From contig JAVHQC010000029.1 in the NCBI GenBank assembly GCA_036170915.1, positions 294,950 to 358,949 on the forward strand: a DNA stretch of 64,000 nucleotides. The letters are read 5' to 3'. The position numbers and the translations under genes were made by a program. Below the pieces are notes generated by a model that was given only the letters and a program-made list of their open reading frames with translations, ran no database searches and was not told where the DNA came from. This document shows, piece after piece, positions 1-9,874 of this stretch (positions within the stretch are counted from its first letter, which is position 1; every line of letters starts with the position of its first letter). The stretch comes from Cyanobacteria bacterium auto_48_18. Its GTDB lineage: Bacteria; Cyanobacteriota; Vampirovibrionia; Obscuribacterales; Obscuribacteraceae.

Positions 1-2
1 GC

Positions 3-377
3 TTTACCGGATTGGCTTTGCGCTCTTTCGTACCCTGGATGGGGTGGCTCACTCTAGTTCCCGCAGTGCTCGTTGGACTTGCCGCCACCAACGTGATGAA
101 ATACGTGATCGCCTGGGCGACCAGTAAATTATCGGCCTCTAGTTTAACCAGTAGTCAACAAGCCATTGGTCAAATTGCCGAAGTAAACACGCCTATTAAA
201 GAGGGTCGGCTGGGGGAAGTGTCATATATTATCGGCCTGACAAGATTTAACGCTGCTGCTCGCCCTGCTAAAGTCGGCAGCGAAATTGCCCGTGGAGCAA
301 AAGTGATAATCGTTGAAACGGATGGTCCTGTAGTTCTCGTAGAACCCTTCTCTGACCATCAATTAGATGGTCACTAG
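3..377 (+). CDS. NfeD-like membrane protein (5' truncated by window edge)
   Basis: Hydrophobic N-part, then OB-fold-like C-terminus (IGQIAEV..GRLGEV..IARGAKVIIVETDG). Lies directly upstream of flotillin, the usual NfeD-SPFH pairing. Frame is open to the window start. Confidence 0.8.
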   Translation, partial: FTGLALRSFVPWMGWLTLVPAVLVGLAATNVMKYVIAWATSKLSASSLTSSQQAIGQIAEVNTPIKEGRLGEVSYIIGLTRFNAAARPAKVGSEIARGAKVIIVETDGPVVLVEPFSDHQLDGH

Positions 378-567
378 CTGAGGCCATCAGGTTGTCAAGA
401 TTATAAAGGAATCTATTGGTATCCCAGGGTAGGCACCACATTCGGTATAGGATCGAAAAGTCGAATTGGAAGTCAATAGCAAGGTTTTCACTAAAGAATA
501 GGGAATAAGTCCATCGAGGAAGCACCAGGTAGGTCGCCTTTCGATGGCTTTTGGAGGAACGCGAAAA

Positions 568-2160
568 ATGGATCCAAATATAGTGCTTTGGGGTGGAGGA
601 GCGATTATCGGCATAGTCGTGCTCAGCATCTTCTACTTCTTAGCGAATGTGTATCAGAAATGCGGCCCGAACGAAGCAATGATCATTACTGGTGCGGTGC
701 CTGGTGGCATTAAGGTGCTCAGAGGTGGTGGCGGCATCGTCATTCCGGTGATGCACCAGCGACACTTACTGTCATTAGAAGTAATGACAATCGAAGTGCA
801 CTCTAACGCTGCCATGATCACAAAAAATGGTGTTCCAATTTACGTTGAAGGTGTAGCACAGGTTAAAGTGCGTGGTGATGAAGAAGCTATTGCCACTGCG
901 GCAGAGCGCTTCCTCAATAAGTCTATGGACGAAATTGCCACAGTTGCTCACGAAACTTTAGTTGGTCACTTGCGAGCAATTTTAGGCACCATGACCGTAG
1001 AAGAATTGATTCAAAGCTTTGATTCATTCGCTTCGAGAGTTCAAGAAGTATCGGTTGCGGATCTCGCAAAAATGGGTCTGATTGTAGATTCATTCACCAT
1101 CAAAGAAATTCGCGACTCGGTTGGTTACTTAGAAGCTCTAGGTAAAAAACAAACAGCCGAAGCAAAACGTAGTGCCGCCATCGGTGAAGCTGAGGCAACT
1201 AAAGAAACACAAATCGCTCAAGCCAGCGCTTCGAGAGACGCCCAAATTGCTCAAGCTCAAGCCGCTGAAGAAGGTGCTAAGGCTAAACTCGCTGCTGACA
1301 CTCGCGTAGCTGAATCGTCTAAAAACTTCCAGGTGTCACAAGCCACCTATCAAGCTGAAGTTGCGAGAACTAAGGCATCATCAGACATGATGTATGAAAT
1401 CGTCAAAGCGCAATCACAACAGAAACTAACTGAAGAAATGCAGAAAGTAAAAATTGTGGAAGCGCAAAAAGAAGTTGAATTGCAACAAGTTGAAGTTATG
1501 AAGCGACAAGTGGCCCTTGAAGCTGAAATCACAAAACCAGCTGAAGCAGAGCAATCACGTATTAAGCTCATGACTCAAGCGGAAGGTTTAAGACGCACCA
1601 TGCTGGCAGAAGCAGATGCACAATCTGTGAGATTGGCAGCTCAAGGTCAAGCCGAAGCCACCAAGCTCAAAGCCGGAGCCGACGCCGATGCCAGACGCAC
1701 AATGGGTATGGCAGACGCTGAAGCAAACCGCGCTAAGGGTCTTGCCGAAGCACAAGTTACAGCTGCCAAAGGTCAAGCCGAAGCCGACGCCATGTCGAAA
1801 AAAGCTGAAGCATACAAACAATATAACGACGCTGCCGTGATGCAGATGATCATCGATAAGCTGCCAGAAATGGTTCAAGCTGCGGCTTCACCACTTTCAA
1901 AAGTGGGCTCAATCACCTTGCTTTCCAATGGCGGTGATACCACCGGCATGGGTAAAATCAGTGGTGATGTATTGAACGTAGCCGCTCAAAGCTTGAGTAT
2001 GATCAAAGGCCTCACCGGAATTGACATCACCGACGCCATGAAACGCAGAGCTGGTGTAAACAACGACGGTGACGGAAATGGTCAACAAGCAAAGCCAGCG
2101 ATTCCAGCTTCGCCAGCGGCGCCAAGACAGCAACAACCACCAGCAAATCCCAACAACTAA
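568..2160 (+). CDS. Flotillin / SPFH-domain protein
   Basis: N-terminal TM, SPFH domain (PNEAMIITG, TKNGVPIYVEGVAQVKV, GHLRAILGTMTVEE) and long AEA-rich coiled coil. GGAGG at 553-557 favours ATG 568. Confidence 0.95.
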   Translation: MDPNIVLWGGGAIIGIVVLSIFYFLANVYQKCGPNEAMIITGAVPGGIKVLRGGGGIVIPVMHQRHLLSLEVMTIEVHSNAAMITKNGVPIYVEGVAQVKVRGDEEAIATAAERFLNKSMDEIATVAHETLVGHLRAILGTMTVEELIQSFDSFASRVQEVSVADLAKMGLIVDSFTIKEIRDSVGYLEALGKKQTAEAKRSAAIGEAEATKETQIAQASASRDAQIAQAQAAEEGAKAKLAADTRVAESSKNFQVSQATYQAEVARTKASSDMMYEIVKAQSQQKLTEEMQKVKIVEAQKEVELQQVEVMKRQVALEAEITKPAEAEQSRIKLMTQAEGLRRTMLAEADAQSVRLAAQGQAEATKLKAGADADARRTMGMADAEANRAKGLAEAQVTAAKGQAEADAMSKKAEAYKQYNDAAVMQMIIDKLPEMVQAAASPLSKVGSITLLSNGGDTTGMGKISGDVLNVAAQSLSMIKGLTGIDITDAMKRRAGVNNDGDGNGQQAKPAIPASPAAPRQQQPPANPNN

Positions 2161-2178
2161 TTAAATAGGCCTTAGGAA

Positions 2179-2736
2179 ATCACCACAAGACGCATTATTG
2201 TTATTGGTGCAAGCGGAGTCGGCAAGACCACCTTAGTGGAGGCGCTGACTCCGCTTCTGGCATTACCAGTGATACCAGAATTAGGGCGCAAAATCAGCCT
2301 TGAAATGGGTTACGAATATCCTGGTCAAATTACTGATCAAGAAGGATTTAAGAAAAAAGTTCTTGACGAACAGATTGCCGAGGAGCGCCGTTTAGGCAAT
2401 TTCTTGAGCGACCGATCAGTAGTCGATGCCTGGGTTTTATGGCAACGCTGGAATATTTGCCAGGCCATGAGTTATGACACTGAAAGTTACTATTTGAAGG
2501 CGCGGGCGCAAAGCGAATTTTATACTGAGATTATCTACATTCCACCCATGTTTGCGGCAGTTGACGATGGGGTGCGCTGGACTGATGCTGATTATCAAAG
2601 GCAAATAGATCGCCTGGTGCGAATGACACTTTGGGAGTGGAATTTGCTTGAGCGCACTTATACTGTTAAAAGCGCGGATAATCGCTTGAATGAGGTGCGG
2701 GACTGGTTAGGCGAGCGGGGCGCGCTAGAAGATTAA
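2179..2736 (+). CDS. P-loop ATPase/kinase (AAA_28 / NadR-kinase-like), probable non-canonical start
   Basis: In-frame Walker A GASGVGKT (2206-2229) lies upstream of the track's GTG 2236. FLSDRSVVD and IIYIPP motifs present. In-frame TAG at 2173-2175 bounds the ORF. Start position uncertain. Confidence 0.8.
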   Translation: MTTRRIIVIGASGVGKTTLVEALTPLLALPVIPELGRKISLEMGYEYPGQITDQEGFKKKVLDEQIAEERRLGNFLSDRSVVDAWVLWQRWNICQAMSYDTESYYLKARAQSEFYTEIIYIPPMFAAVDDGVRWTDADYQRQIDRLVRMTLWEWNLLERTYTVKSADNRLNEVRDWLGERGALED

Positions 2737-2783
2737 ATGGTAGGCGTTTGTTCAGGGCCGAAGATATGTAGCTGAGTCTGTTT

Positions 2784-2813
2784 TGAAAACTGAAGCGTGC
2801 ACGGTTCAGTTCT
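2784..2813. repeat. Intergenic imperfect palindrome, copy 1 (REP-like)
   Basis: TGAAAACTGAAGCGTGCACGGTTCAGTTCT, 27/30 identical to 52217-52246. Confidence 0.75.
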
Positions 2814-2847
2814 GGAATGATTAAAAGCACCCGGTTTGGTTTTACCT

Positions 2848-3573
2848 ATGAGTTCAGAATTAGAGTCAGCAAAAGAATCTTCTTCTGAGCAAATTTCTGC
2901 GCAGCCTGAAATCGGCTCAATATCGGTCAGGTCGCGTTTGACCTTTGCCTTGAGAAGAAATATAGCGATGATGCTCGACCTTATCATTGCTAATAGTTTT
3001 ATGCTCCTTCCCGCAATCGTCCTCGGTTTCCGAGGTGGATTTCGTCCTGATTTCGGCTTTTTCTTTGATCCATCTGAAGCATTGGCCCAAAACGGTGCGG
3101 CGGCATCGATTATGTTTGCACTACTGTGTACTCCACTGCCGCTCATTTACTTGAGAATTTTTTTCAAAGTCTTTAAAAATGGAAAAACGCCCGGAGAGAG
3201 CTTAGCAGGCATAGTCAGCTATTCCACCCAAACAGGTTTAAGCAAGTGGGTCTGTCAGTTATCGTACGGCCTTTGCCAATATTTGATGTTTGTTTTTTCC
3301 TTAGTCGCTTCGACGTATCTCAGTTTCATAGGCGCTTGTTTCTTCGGAATGCTTCTAGGCAGCCCACGAGACGAACTTTTTGACGGTACAGGCTGGTTCA
3401 TATTGATACTTTGGCCTCTAACAATTTTTCTAATATGGTTGCTATTCCATCTCTCCTTTTCAAGAAAAAGCTATCAAGCTCTTGCCGATTACAAAATGAA
3501 TGCTGAGGTAAGGCCGGAAATGAGACAGCCACAAATAACAGCCAGCGTAGAACCATCTCACGAAGCCTTGTAA
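2848..3573 (+). CDS. RDD-family-like membrane protein
   Basis: RRNIAMMLDLII, GKTPGESLAGI and QALAD motifs with several TM segments. Confidence 0.7.
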   Translation: MSSELESAKESSSEQISAQPEIGSISVRSRLTFALRRNIAMMLDLIIANSFMLLPAIVLGFRGGFRPDFGFFFDPSEALAQNGAAASIMFALLCTPLPLIYLRIFFKVFKNGKTPGESLAGIVSYSTQTGLSKWVCQLSYGLCQYLMFVFSLVASTYLSFIGACFFGMLLGSPRDELFDGTGWFILILWPLTIFLIWLLFHLSFSRKSYQALADYKMNAEVRPEMRQPQITASVEPSHEAL

Positions 3574-3690
3574 CATTCTCGCGCGGAACTTGTGACGCAC
3601 GTGAGTCAGAGGGGAATTAAGAATAAGCACCCTTGCGGCATCCTATTTAGTCAGCACAGATTTAGTCAGCACAAATCGGAGAAGGCATTG

Positions 3691-4110
3691 ATGACACCTT
3701 CGAAAGTTGAAATGGATGACGACCAACTGTTCGCCATCCGTTTGCAATACGAGTGCCCATATAAATGGAAAGACATGAAAGGCGACGAGAGAGTGCGGGC
3801 TTGCTCCGCTTGCCATAAAAATGTCTATAACATTTCGATGCTCAGCAGAACAGACGCAGTCAGTCTCATCAATGAAAACGAAGGCGACATTTGTGTGCGC
3901 TTTTTCCAGAGACGCGATGGCACGGTGATCACTCGAGATTGCGTATCAATGTTTGGCACAGCGAAGCTAAAAGGAAAATACAATCCATTTGCCTTGATCA
4001 ATGCCGGTCTAGCAGTATTGTTTACCATCTTAGCTCCCCTGCTCGGGCCCGCCTGCTGCACCATCCTCAATGGAGTCGGCCCGGTGATGACGCCCGTAGA
4101 CAAAAAATAA
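3691..4110 (+). CDS. Hypothetical Cys-rich protein with C-terminal TM
   Basis: CPYKWKDMKGDERVRACSACHKNVYNIS..CVRFFQRRDGTVITRDC, then a hydrophobic helix. GGAGAAGG upstream of ATG 3691. Confidence 0.7.
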   Translation: MTPSKVEMDDDQLFAIRLQYECPYKWKDMKGDERVRACSACHKNVYNISMLSRTDAVSLINENEGDICVRFFQRRDGTVITRDCVSMFGTAKLKGKYNPFALINAGLAVLFTILAPLLGPACCTILNGVGPVMTPVDKK

Positions 4111-4156
4111 AGCCTGAAGTTTCAGCCGGATTTCTGCAAACAGTTTGCCACACCGC

Positions 4157-4162
4157 TATAAT
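4157..4162 (+). promoter_or_regulatory. -10 box, probable leaderless promoter of the btuF-like gene
   Basis: TATAAT followed by 6 nt and then ATG 4169, with no SD. Confidence 0.55.
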
Positions 4163-4168
4163 CGTTTA

Positions 4169-5161
4169 ATGACGTCCTGGCCCCGCCCACTTTTAGCTAC
4201 TCTTGCCGCAAGCACGGCCCTTTTAGGCAATAACACTTCAGCACAAGGTGCTGGCAAAGTCAGCGAACACTCTGACCAAAAGCCGGCCAGAGCCGAAACT
4301 CAGCACAAACCCACAATTGTTTCGCTGGCTCCAAGCAACACCGAATTGTTGTGCACAGTAGGTGCTGGTGATCAGATCATTGGCGTCTGTTCATTTTGCG
4401 ACTATCCCAAAAACACCGTCGACATTACTAAGGTCGGAACTTTTGTCTCTGCCAACCTCGAGCGATTAGCGAGACTGAAGCCAGACCTGGTGCTGCTTGT
4501 CTCAGGGCAAGAACAACTAGCGGCAAAAATTCAGCACCATAAATTCAACACCGTACTTATAGACAACACACACCTCAGCGACATCAGCAAAAACATCAAG
4601 CAGCTCGGACAGCTTACCGGACACAGCGAAATTGGCGCCCACTCAGCGCACAAGTTTGATCTGGCGCTGCGCAATTTAGCGACGATAATTGATAAAACCA
4701 AAGATAAACCAAAAGTCTTTTATTGTGTCTGGCCGCAGCCGCTAATGACAGTGGGAAAGAATAGTTTTCTTAATGAAATTATCACTGCATGTGGTGGCAT
4801 CAACGTGGCGGGCCACATCAACGGCAGCTATCCAAGATTTAGCCTTGAAAAATTAGTGCTCAGCAATCCAGATGTGATTATCTTGCCGTTCGAGGCGCGA
4901 AACCAATCTTTCATTAAGAGCCCACCGTGGAGTCGGCTCAAAGCAGTGCGCGAGAATCGCGTTTATTATCTGCCTGATCAAAAACACGACATGCTCTCGC
5001 GCCCAACCATGCGCGTCACCGGTGGAATTGCCTGGTTAGCCGGTATATGTCACCCAGGCGACAAAGCCGAACTTGAAAATTGGGCAAATCAATTTACTGG
5101 CTTATCTTTGCCTGCTTCTTCCAATCGGGTTTCATTGCACAATGCTAATGTGAAAAATTGA
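4169..5161 (+). CDS. btuF: Cobalamin/heme/Fe-siderophore ABC substrate-binding protein (BtuF-like)
   Basis: Signal-like N-terminus, IVSLAPSNTELL, GVCSFCDYP, LERLARLKPDLVL, NPDVII, LKAVRENRVY, SRPTMR. Confidence 0.75.
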   Translation: MTSWPRPLLATLAASTALLGNNTSAQGAGKVSEHSDQKPARAETQHKPTIVSLAPSNTELLCTVGAGDQIIGVCSFCDYPKNTVDITKVGTFVSANLERLARLKPDLVLLVSGQEQLAAKIQHHKFNTVLIDNTHLSDISKNIKQLGQLTGHSEIGAHSAHKFDLALRNLATIIDKTKDKPKVFYCVWPQPLMTVGKNSFLNEIITACGGINVAGHINGSYPRFSLEKLVLSNPDVIILPFEARNQSFIKSPPWSRLKAVRENRVYYLPDQKHDMLSRPTMRVTGGIAWLAGICHPGDKAELENWANQFTGLSLPASSNRVSLHNANVKN

Positions 5162-5345
5162 GCATGTTGCCGCTCAATATTCCAGCCCACAGTGCCTAAA
5201 TTTGTTCATAACAAGCCGTGACAGGGTCAAAATGAGCCATTTTGGCCAAAACCAACCCGGCCAGCGTAGGTTTTCCGACCCCTTGCTGCCAATACGATTT
5301 ATTTACCGTTATCAATGACTCAGGCCAGTCAGCTGTCAGCATCGC

Positions 5346-5351
5346 TATAAT
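5346..5351 (+). promoter_or_regulatory. -10 box of the hem operon
   Basis: TATAAT about 58 nt upstream of hemA, in the same CGCTATAATCG context as the btuF promoter. Confidence 0.45.
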
Positions 5352-5409
5352 CGGCTAGTAAGGGCAAAGCTCCTTTTGGTAGCGCGACTTTGCGCCACAC
5401 ACAGGTAAC

Positions 5410-6840
5410 ATGAATCACTTAGTTGTTAGCGGCATCAATTACCATTCAGCTCCCATTGCCATTCGGGAACAGTTTTGTATTCCTGATTCCTGCATCGGAC
5501 ATGCCCTCGAAGGGCTCAAACGCTTTCCGCACATAAAAGAAGCAGTCATCTTGTCAACCTGCAACCGCACCGAAGTTTATGCGGTTGTCGACGACGTTGC
5601 TGCTGGTCTCAAAGAAATCGACATGTTTTTCGGCTCTGTGCAGTCTGTAAGCGACCACGGAGCACTCAAACCCAACTTCCGCCTCTTGCGCGATGATGTT
5701 GTTTTGCATCTTTTGCGGGTGGCAGCGGGCTTAGACAGCATGATTTTGGGCGAAAGTCAGATCATGGCTCAGGTAAAGGCGGCACACCAGGCAGCATTAG
5801 AGCGCAGAACAGCCGGCCCGATTCTCGATATGGTCTTCAAACTGGCTCTCAATACCGGCAAACGCGTTCGGTCCGAAACTTCTATGGGCAGAAGAGCAAT
5901 TTCGGTTAGCTCAGCCGCTGTGGAATTGGCTAAAGATCTCGTGGGCAGCCTCAAGAACAAGTCTATTGCCATAATCGGCCTGGGCAAAATGGGGCAAATT
6001 TGCACCAAGCACTTGCTCAGCGACGCCGGAGAAGGGCCAATTGTGCTCCTCAACCGCAATCAAGAAAGAGTTGCCGGTTTTCTTGCCAATAAACTCAATA
6101 ACAAAGAACGCCTGAAAACAAGCTTTGCTTACAATGAACGCACAGCCATAGCCGCCCAAGCTGACGTAGTAATCGTCGCCACCGGAGCGTCGCAGTTTGT
6201 CCTCGACCGCAACGAGATGGCAGCACAACGTCACGAAAAATCGCCTAAGCAAATCATCATCGATATTTCGGTGCCCCGCAATGTTGATCCGGCCATCGCA
6301 GAACTTGACGGTGTAAGCCTCTATATAGCCGACGACTTAAGCAAAATTGTGGCGAAAAATTTGGCGCAGCGAGAAGCCCTGGTGGCAGACGCTGAGGTAA
6401 TCATTTACGAGAGCCTGGAAGAATACTATAACTGGGAGCGCTCACAGTTAGTGGTGCCAACCATTGCCATTCTCAGAGAAAAAATTGAGGCTATTCGCCA
6501 GGAACAGATGTCCAAAAACAGCATCGTGCCTGGTATCAACACAGTCGCTAGCGGCCAAGATATGGAAGTTATCAGCCGGGCGATTGTAAACCAGATATTG
6601 CACCATCCAACAGTGCAACTCAAAGCTACTAAAGACTACGAAATTTTGAGACAACAAGCCGAAGCACTGCGTACTCTATTCAATCTTAATCCGTTGGCGA
6701 CGCTTACGGGCCTGCCAAAATCTGCCGATAAGCAATCAGCCATGTGCGCCGAAGCGCGAAAAAACGCTGCGGCCTACGATCACATTATCGAAGCGCAAGA
6801 ACAGCCTGGGGTCTTAAAATCCCGTCCACTGCTCAATTAG
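5410..6840 (+). CDS. hemA: Glutamyl-tRNA reductase
   Basis: LSTCNRTEVY, GLDSMILGESQI, GLGKMG and DISVPRNVD motifs. Confidence 0.97.
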   Translation: MNHLVVSGINYHSAPIAIREQFCIPDSCIGHALEGLKRFPHIKEAVILSTCNRTEVYAVVDDVAAGLKEIDMFFGSVQSVSDHGALKPNFRLLRDDVVLHLLRVAAGLDSMILGESQIMAQVKAAHQAALERRTAGPILDMVFKLALNTGKRVRSETSMGRRAISVSSAAVELAKDLVGSLKNKSIAIIGLGKMGQICTKHLLSDAGEGPIVLLNRNQERVAGFLANKLNNKERLKTSFAYNERTAIAAQADVVIVATGASQFVLDRNEMAAQRHEKSPKQIIIDISVPRNVDPAIAELDGVSLYIADDLSKIVAKNLAQREALVADAEVIIYESLEEYYNWERSQLVVPTIAILREKIEAIRQEQMSKNSIVPGINTVASGQDMEVISRAIVNQILHHPTVQLKATKDYEILRQQAEALRTLFNLNPLATLTGLPKSADKQSAMCAEARKNAAAYDHIIEAQEQPGVLKSRPLLN

Positions 6841-6847
6841 ATGAGCA

Positions 6848-7864
6848 ATGATAGTGACTAGCTTAAAGACAAGCACCATACGCGTCGGTACCAGAGAAAG
6901 CAAACTAGCTCGTTTGCAGACCGATATCGTGATCTCGACTTTAAGCAACAATTTTCCCGACATTACTTTCGAAGTTCACCCCATCACCACCGGCGGTGAC
7001 AAAGTTCTCGACCGTCCGATTGTAGAACTTGGTACTCGCGGCGTTTTCGTCAAAGAATTAGAAGAAGCTTTACTCGAAAATAGAGTTGACTTTGTCGTAC
7101 ACAGTCTCAAAGATTTGCCGACAGATTTGCCTGATGGCTTGACACTGGCAGCGGTGCTCAATCGTGAAGATCCGCGTGACATTTTTGTCAGCTTAAAAGC
7201 AAACTCGTTCATGGAACTCGCACCCGGCAGTACAGTGGCAACGTCAAGCCGCAGACGCGCAGCACAGTTAATGGCACTGCGCCAAGATCTGCGCTTTGTC
7301 GATATGCGTGGCAACATTCCCACACGCGTGCGCAAATTAGAAGAAGGTCAATGTGACGCTATGATTTTGGCGGCAGCCGGACTTCTGCGGTTGGAATTAA
7401 ATGACAAAATTACAGAATATCTGAGCACAGAAATTTGCACACCAGCGGTAGGCCAGGGCGCTCTGGCTGTGGAATGCCGCAGCGGCGACAAAGAAATTTT
7501 GAACATGCTCACTGCAGTTCAAGATCAAAACGCCAAGGCAGAGGTGACAGCCGAGCGAGCATTTTTAGATGTGCTCGGTGGTGGCTGTTCGGTGCCGGCA
7601 GGCGCGCTGGGGCGTATTAAGTCGCGCGAAGCCGACGAAGTAATAAACGAACTTCTTTTTGAACCAAAGGGTGACATTCTTACACTGTCCGGCTGTGTCG
7701 CAGCGCTTGATGGCAGTGAAGTTTATCGTGATTCCATCAGTGGCCCACCTGAGTACGCCAAGCAACTTGGTCAAGCACTGGCTAAAAAAATGCAAGAGGC
7801 CGGTGCAGAAAAAATCTTGGTCGAGCTACGTCTCACCACACCAAATGTAGTATCACCTCCGTGA
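6848..7864 (+). CDS. hemC: Hydroxymethylbilane synthase (porphobilinogen deaminase)
   Basis: GTRESKLA, FVKELE, VHSLKDLP, TSSRRR, RGNIPTR and GGCSVP motifs. Confidence 0.97.
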   Translation: MIVTSLKTSTIRVGTRESKLARLQTDIVISTLSNNFPDITFEVHPITTGGDKVLDRPIVELGTRGVFVKELEEALLENRVDFVVHSLKDLPTDLPDGLTLAAVLNREDPRDIFVSLKANSFMELAPGSTVATSSRRRAAQLMALRQDLRFVDMRGNIPTRVRKLEEGQCDAMILAAAGLLRLELNDKITEYLSTEICTPAVGQGALAVECRSGDKEILNMLTAVQDQNAKAEVTAERAFLDVLGGGCSVPAGALGRIKSREADEVINELLFEPKGDILTLSGCVAALDGSEVYRDSISGPPEYAKQLGQALAKKMQEAGAEKILVELRLTTPNVVSPP

Positions 7865-7873
7865 AACAGAACA

Positions 7874-8743
7874 GTGCAAACGGACGCGCTTAAAGGGCTG
7901 CGTGTGCTGGTCACCCGCGCCGAAGATCAAGCCGATAATTACAAACAGCAACTCGAAGAAGCGGGTGCGCATGTTAGCGAGTTGCCCGTAATCAGCATCA
8001 AGCCCACCGGTGACTATTCGGCTTTAGACGCCGCCTTGAAAAACATTTCGTCTTACCAATGGATAGTCTTCGCCAGTCAAAATGCTGTCAATCACACCAT
8101 GGCGAGGGTGAAGCACCTGGGCCTCGACCGGCATTGCTTGCGGCAAATTAAAATCGCCAGCATCGGCCCATCAACCAGCGACTTGATAAGTACTTATGAC
8201 TTAACGGTTTCGTACCAACCAACTGTTTTTGTCGCCGAAACTTTTGTGGCCGAATTTCCCGGTTATCCAAAATTGACTGACATTCGCATATTGTGGCCCA
8301 GAACCAATATCGGCCGGCGCCTTATTGCCGAACAGCTTCAAGCCGCCGGTGCCCAAGTCGAAGCTGCCATAGCTTACGAAACCGGACTGCCTGATAATGC
8401 CGATGCGGCAGCAAAAAAACTAGTGGCCATGCTTGAAGCAAACTCTATTGACGTCATTACGCTGGCAAGCGCCCAGACGGCAAAAAATTTGGCCGCGCTC
8501 GTTGACCTCGGATTGCAACAGAAGTTTGCAACGGACGCTGAAAGAGATAAAGACGGAGAAGAAAAGAGCCAGGCGAAAAAAGCTCTGCTGGCTGACGTCA
8601 AAATTGCGGCAATCGGGCCGATAACCGCTGCCACAGCGGCGCAAAGCCTCGGGCGCGTCGATATCGTCGCAGCTCAACACACCCTTGACGGGCTGACAGA
8701 AGCACTCTTGGCATCATTAAAATTCCCACAGAATCAGCAATGA
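7874..8743 (+). CDS. hemD: Uroporphyrinogen-III synthase
   Basis: VLVTRAEDQ, VFASQNAV, IGPST, AYET and IAAIGPITA motifs, located between hemC and hemB. Confidence 0.93.
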   Translation: MQTDALKGLRVLVTRAEDQADNYKQQLEEAGAHVSELPVISIKPTGDYSALDAALKNISSYQWIVFASQNAVNHTMARVKHLGLDRHCLRQIKIASIGPSTSDLISTYDLTVSYQPTVFVAETFVAEFPGYPKLTDIRILWPRTNIGRRLIAEQLQAAGAQVEAAIAYETGLPDNADAAAKKLVAMLEANSIDVITLASAQTAKNLAALVDLGLQQKFATDAERDKDGEEKSQAKKALLADVKIAAIGPITAATAAQSLGRVDIVAAQHTLDGLTEALLASLKFPQNQQ

Positions 8744-8830
8744 GGCCTCTCTGCATCCATCTATGTATTTAGATGCGATATATTTAGTAGCGCTGCTAAG
8801 CAGCAAAATTTGCAAAGAAAGGACAATTTG

Positions 8831-9865
8831 ATGAAAGAGATTGTTTCGCCCGCCAGAGACACCGAACAAGGCAACAGTGCTTATGTCTTGCCTCGAGTCA
8901 CTCCCACCATGCGCATGCGCCGTTTGCGCGCCAAAGCGCCGCTTCGGGCCATGGTTCGCGAAACACACTTGCGCGTCGAACAATTGATTTATCCCTTCTT
9001 TATTGTGGAAGGTTCAGGCGTCAAAAAGCCTATCAGCTCAATGCCAGGCATTCATCAGCAAAGCATTGATGAAATGTTGAAAGAAGCCGACGAGGCTGTA
9101 AAACTGGGCCTCTCCGCTGTTCTGCTTTTCGGCATTCCTTCCAGCAAAGATTCGCAAGCAAGCGGCGCCTGGTCAGACAACGGCATTGTTCAGCGTGCCA
9201 CCCGTGAATTGAAAAAACGCTACCCTGACTTGCTCGTTATTGCCGACACCTGTCTTTGTGAATACATGGATCATGGCCACTGCGGCCTGGTTCACGAGGG
9301 CAAAATTCTCAATGATCCGAGCTTGGAAATTCTTGCTCGCTCAGCTGTTTCTCAAGCTGCCGCCGGCGCCGATATCATTGCTCCGTCAGACATGATGGAT
9401 GGCCGCATCGCCGCTATCCGGGCTGCTCTTGATGCCAATGGTTTCGAAAATATTCCAATTATGGCTTACAGCGCTAAATTCTCATCTGGACTTTATGGAC
9501 CATTCAGAGAAGCTGCCGAGTCAGCACCTCAGTTTGGCGACCGCAACAGCTATCAAATGGATCCTGCCAACGGCCGGGAAGCCCTGCGCGAAGTGCTTCT
9601 CGACATCGAGGAAGGCGCCGATATTGTCATGATCAAACCCGCTTTGCCTTACCTTGACGTCATCAGCCAGACTCGCGAACTCACCAAACTGCCCATTGCC
9701 GCCTATAATGTTTCTGGTGAGTACTCAATGGTTAAAGCAGCTGCTGCCAACGGCTGGATCGACGAGAAACGGGTGGTCATGGAGTGCTTAACGGGCATAG
9801 TCCGTGCAGGTGCCGACATGATTATTACCTATCATGCCAAAGACGTAGCTCAGTGGCTCAAGTAA
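8831..9865 (+). CDS. hemB: Porphobilinogen synthase (ALA dehydratase), Zn-type
   Basis: [35 protein letters not shown] and AYNVSGEY motifs. AAGGA SD before ATG 8831. Confidence 0.97.
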   Translation: MKEIVSPARDTEQGNSAYVLPRVTPTMRMRRLRAKAPLRAMVRETHLRVEQLIYPFFIVEGSGVKKPISSMPGIHQQSIDEMLKEADEAVKLGLSAVLLFGIPSSKDSQASGAWSDNGIVQRATRELKKRYPDLLVIADTCLCEYMDHGHCGLVHEGKILNDPSLEILARSAVSQAAAGADIIAPSDMMDGRIAAIRAALDANGFENIPIMAYSAKFSSGLYGPFREAAESAPQFGDRNSYQMDPANGREALREVLLDIEEGADIVMIKPALPYLDVISQTRELTKLPIAAYNVSGEYSMVKAAAANGWIDEKRVVMECLTGIVRAGADMIITYHAKDVAQWLK

Positions 9866-9874
9866 GGGTCTAAG

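Noticed and set aside
5162..5409. Cobalamin or other riboswitch between btuF and hemA
   Set aside because: No B12 box or other recognisable aptamer. Only a -10 box and a weak GGCAAAG/CTTTGC stem are present.
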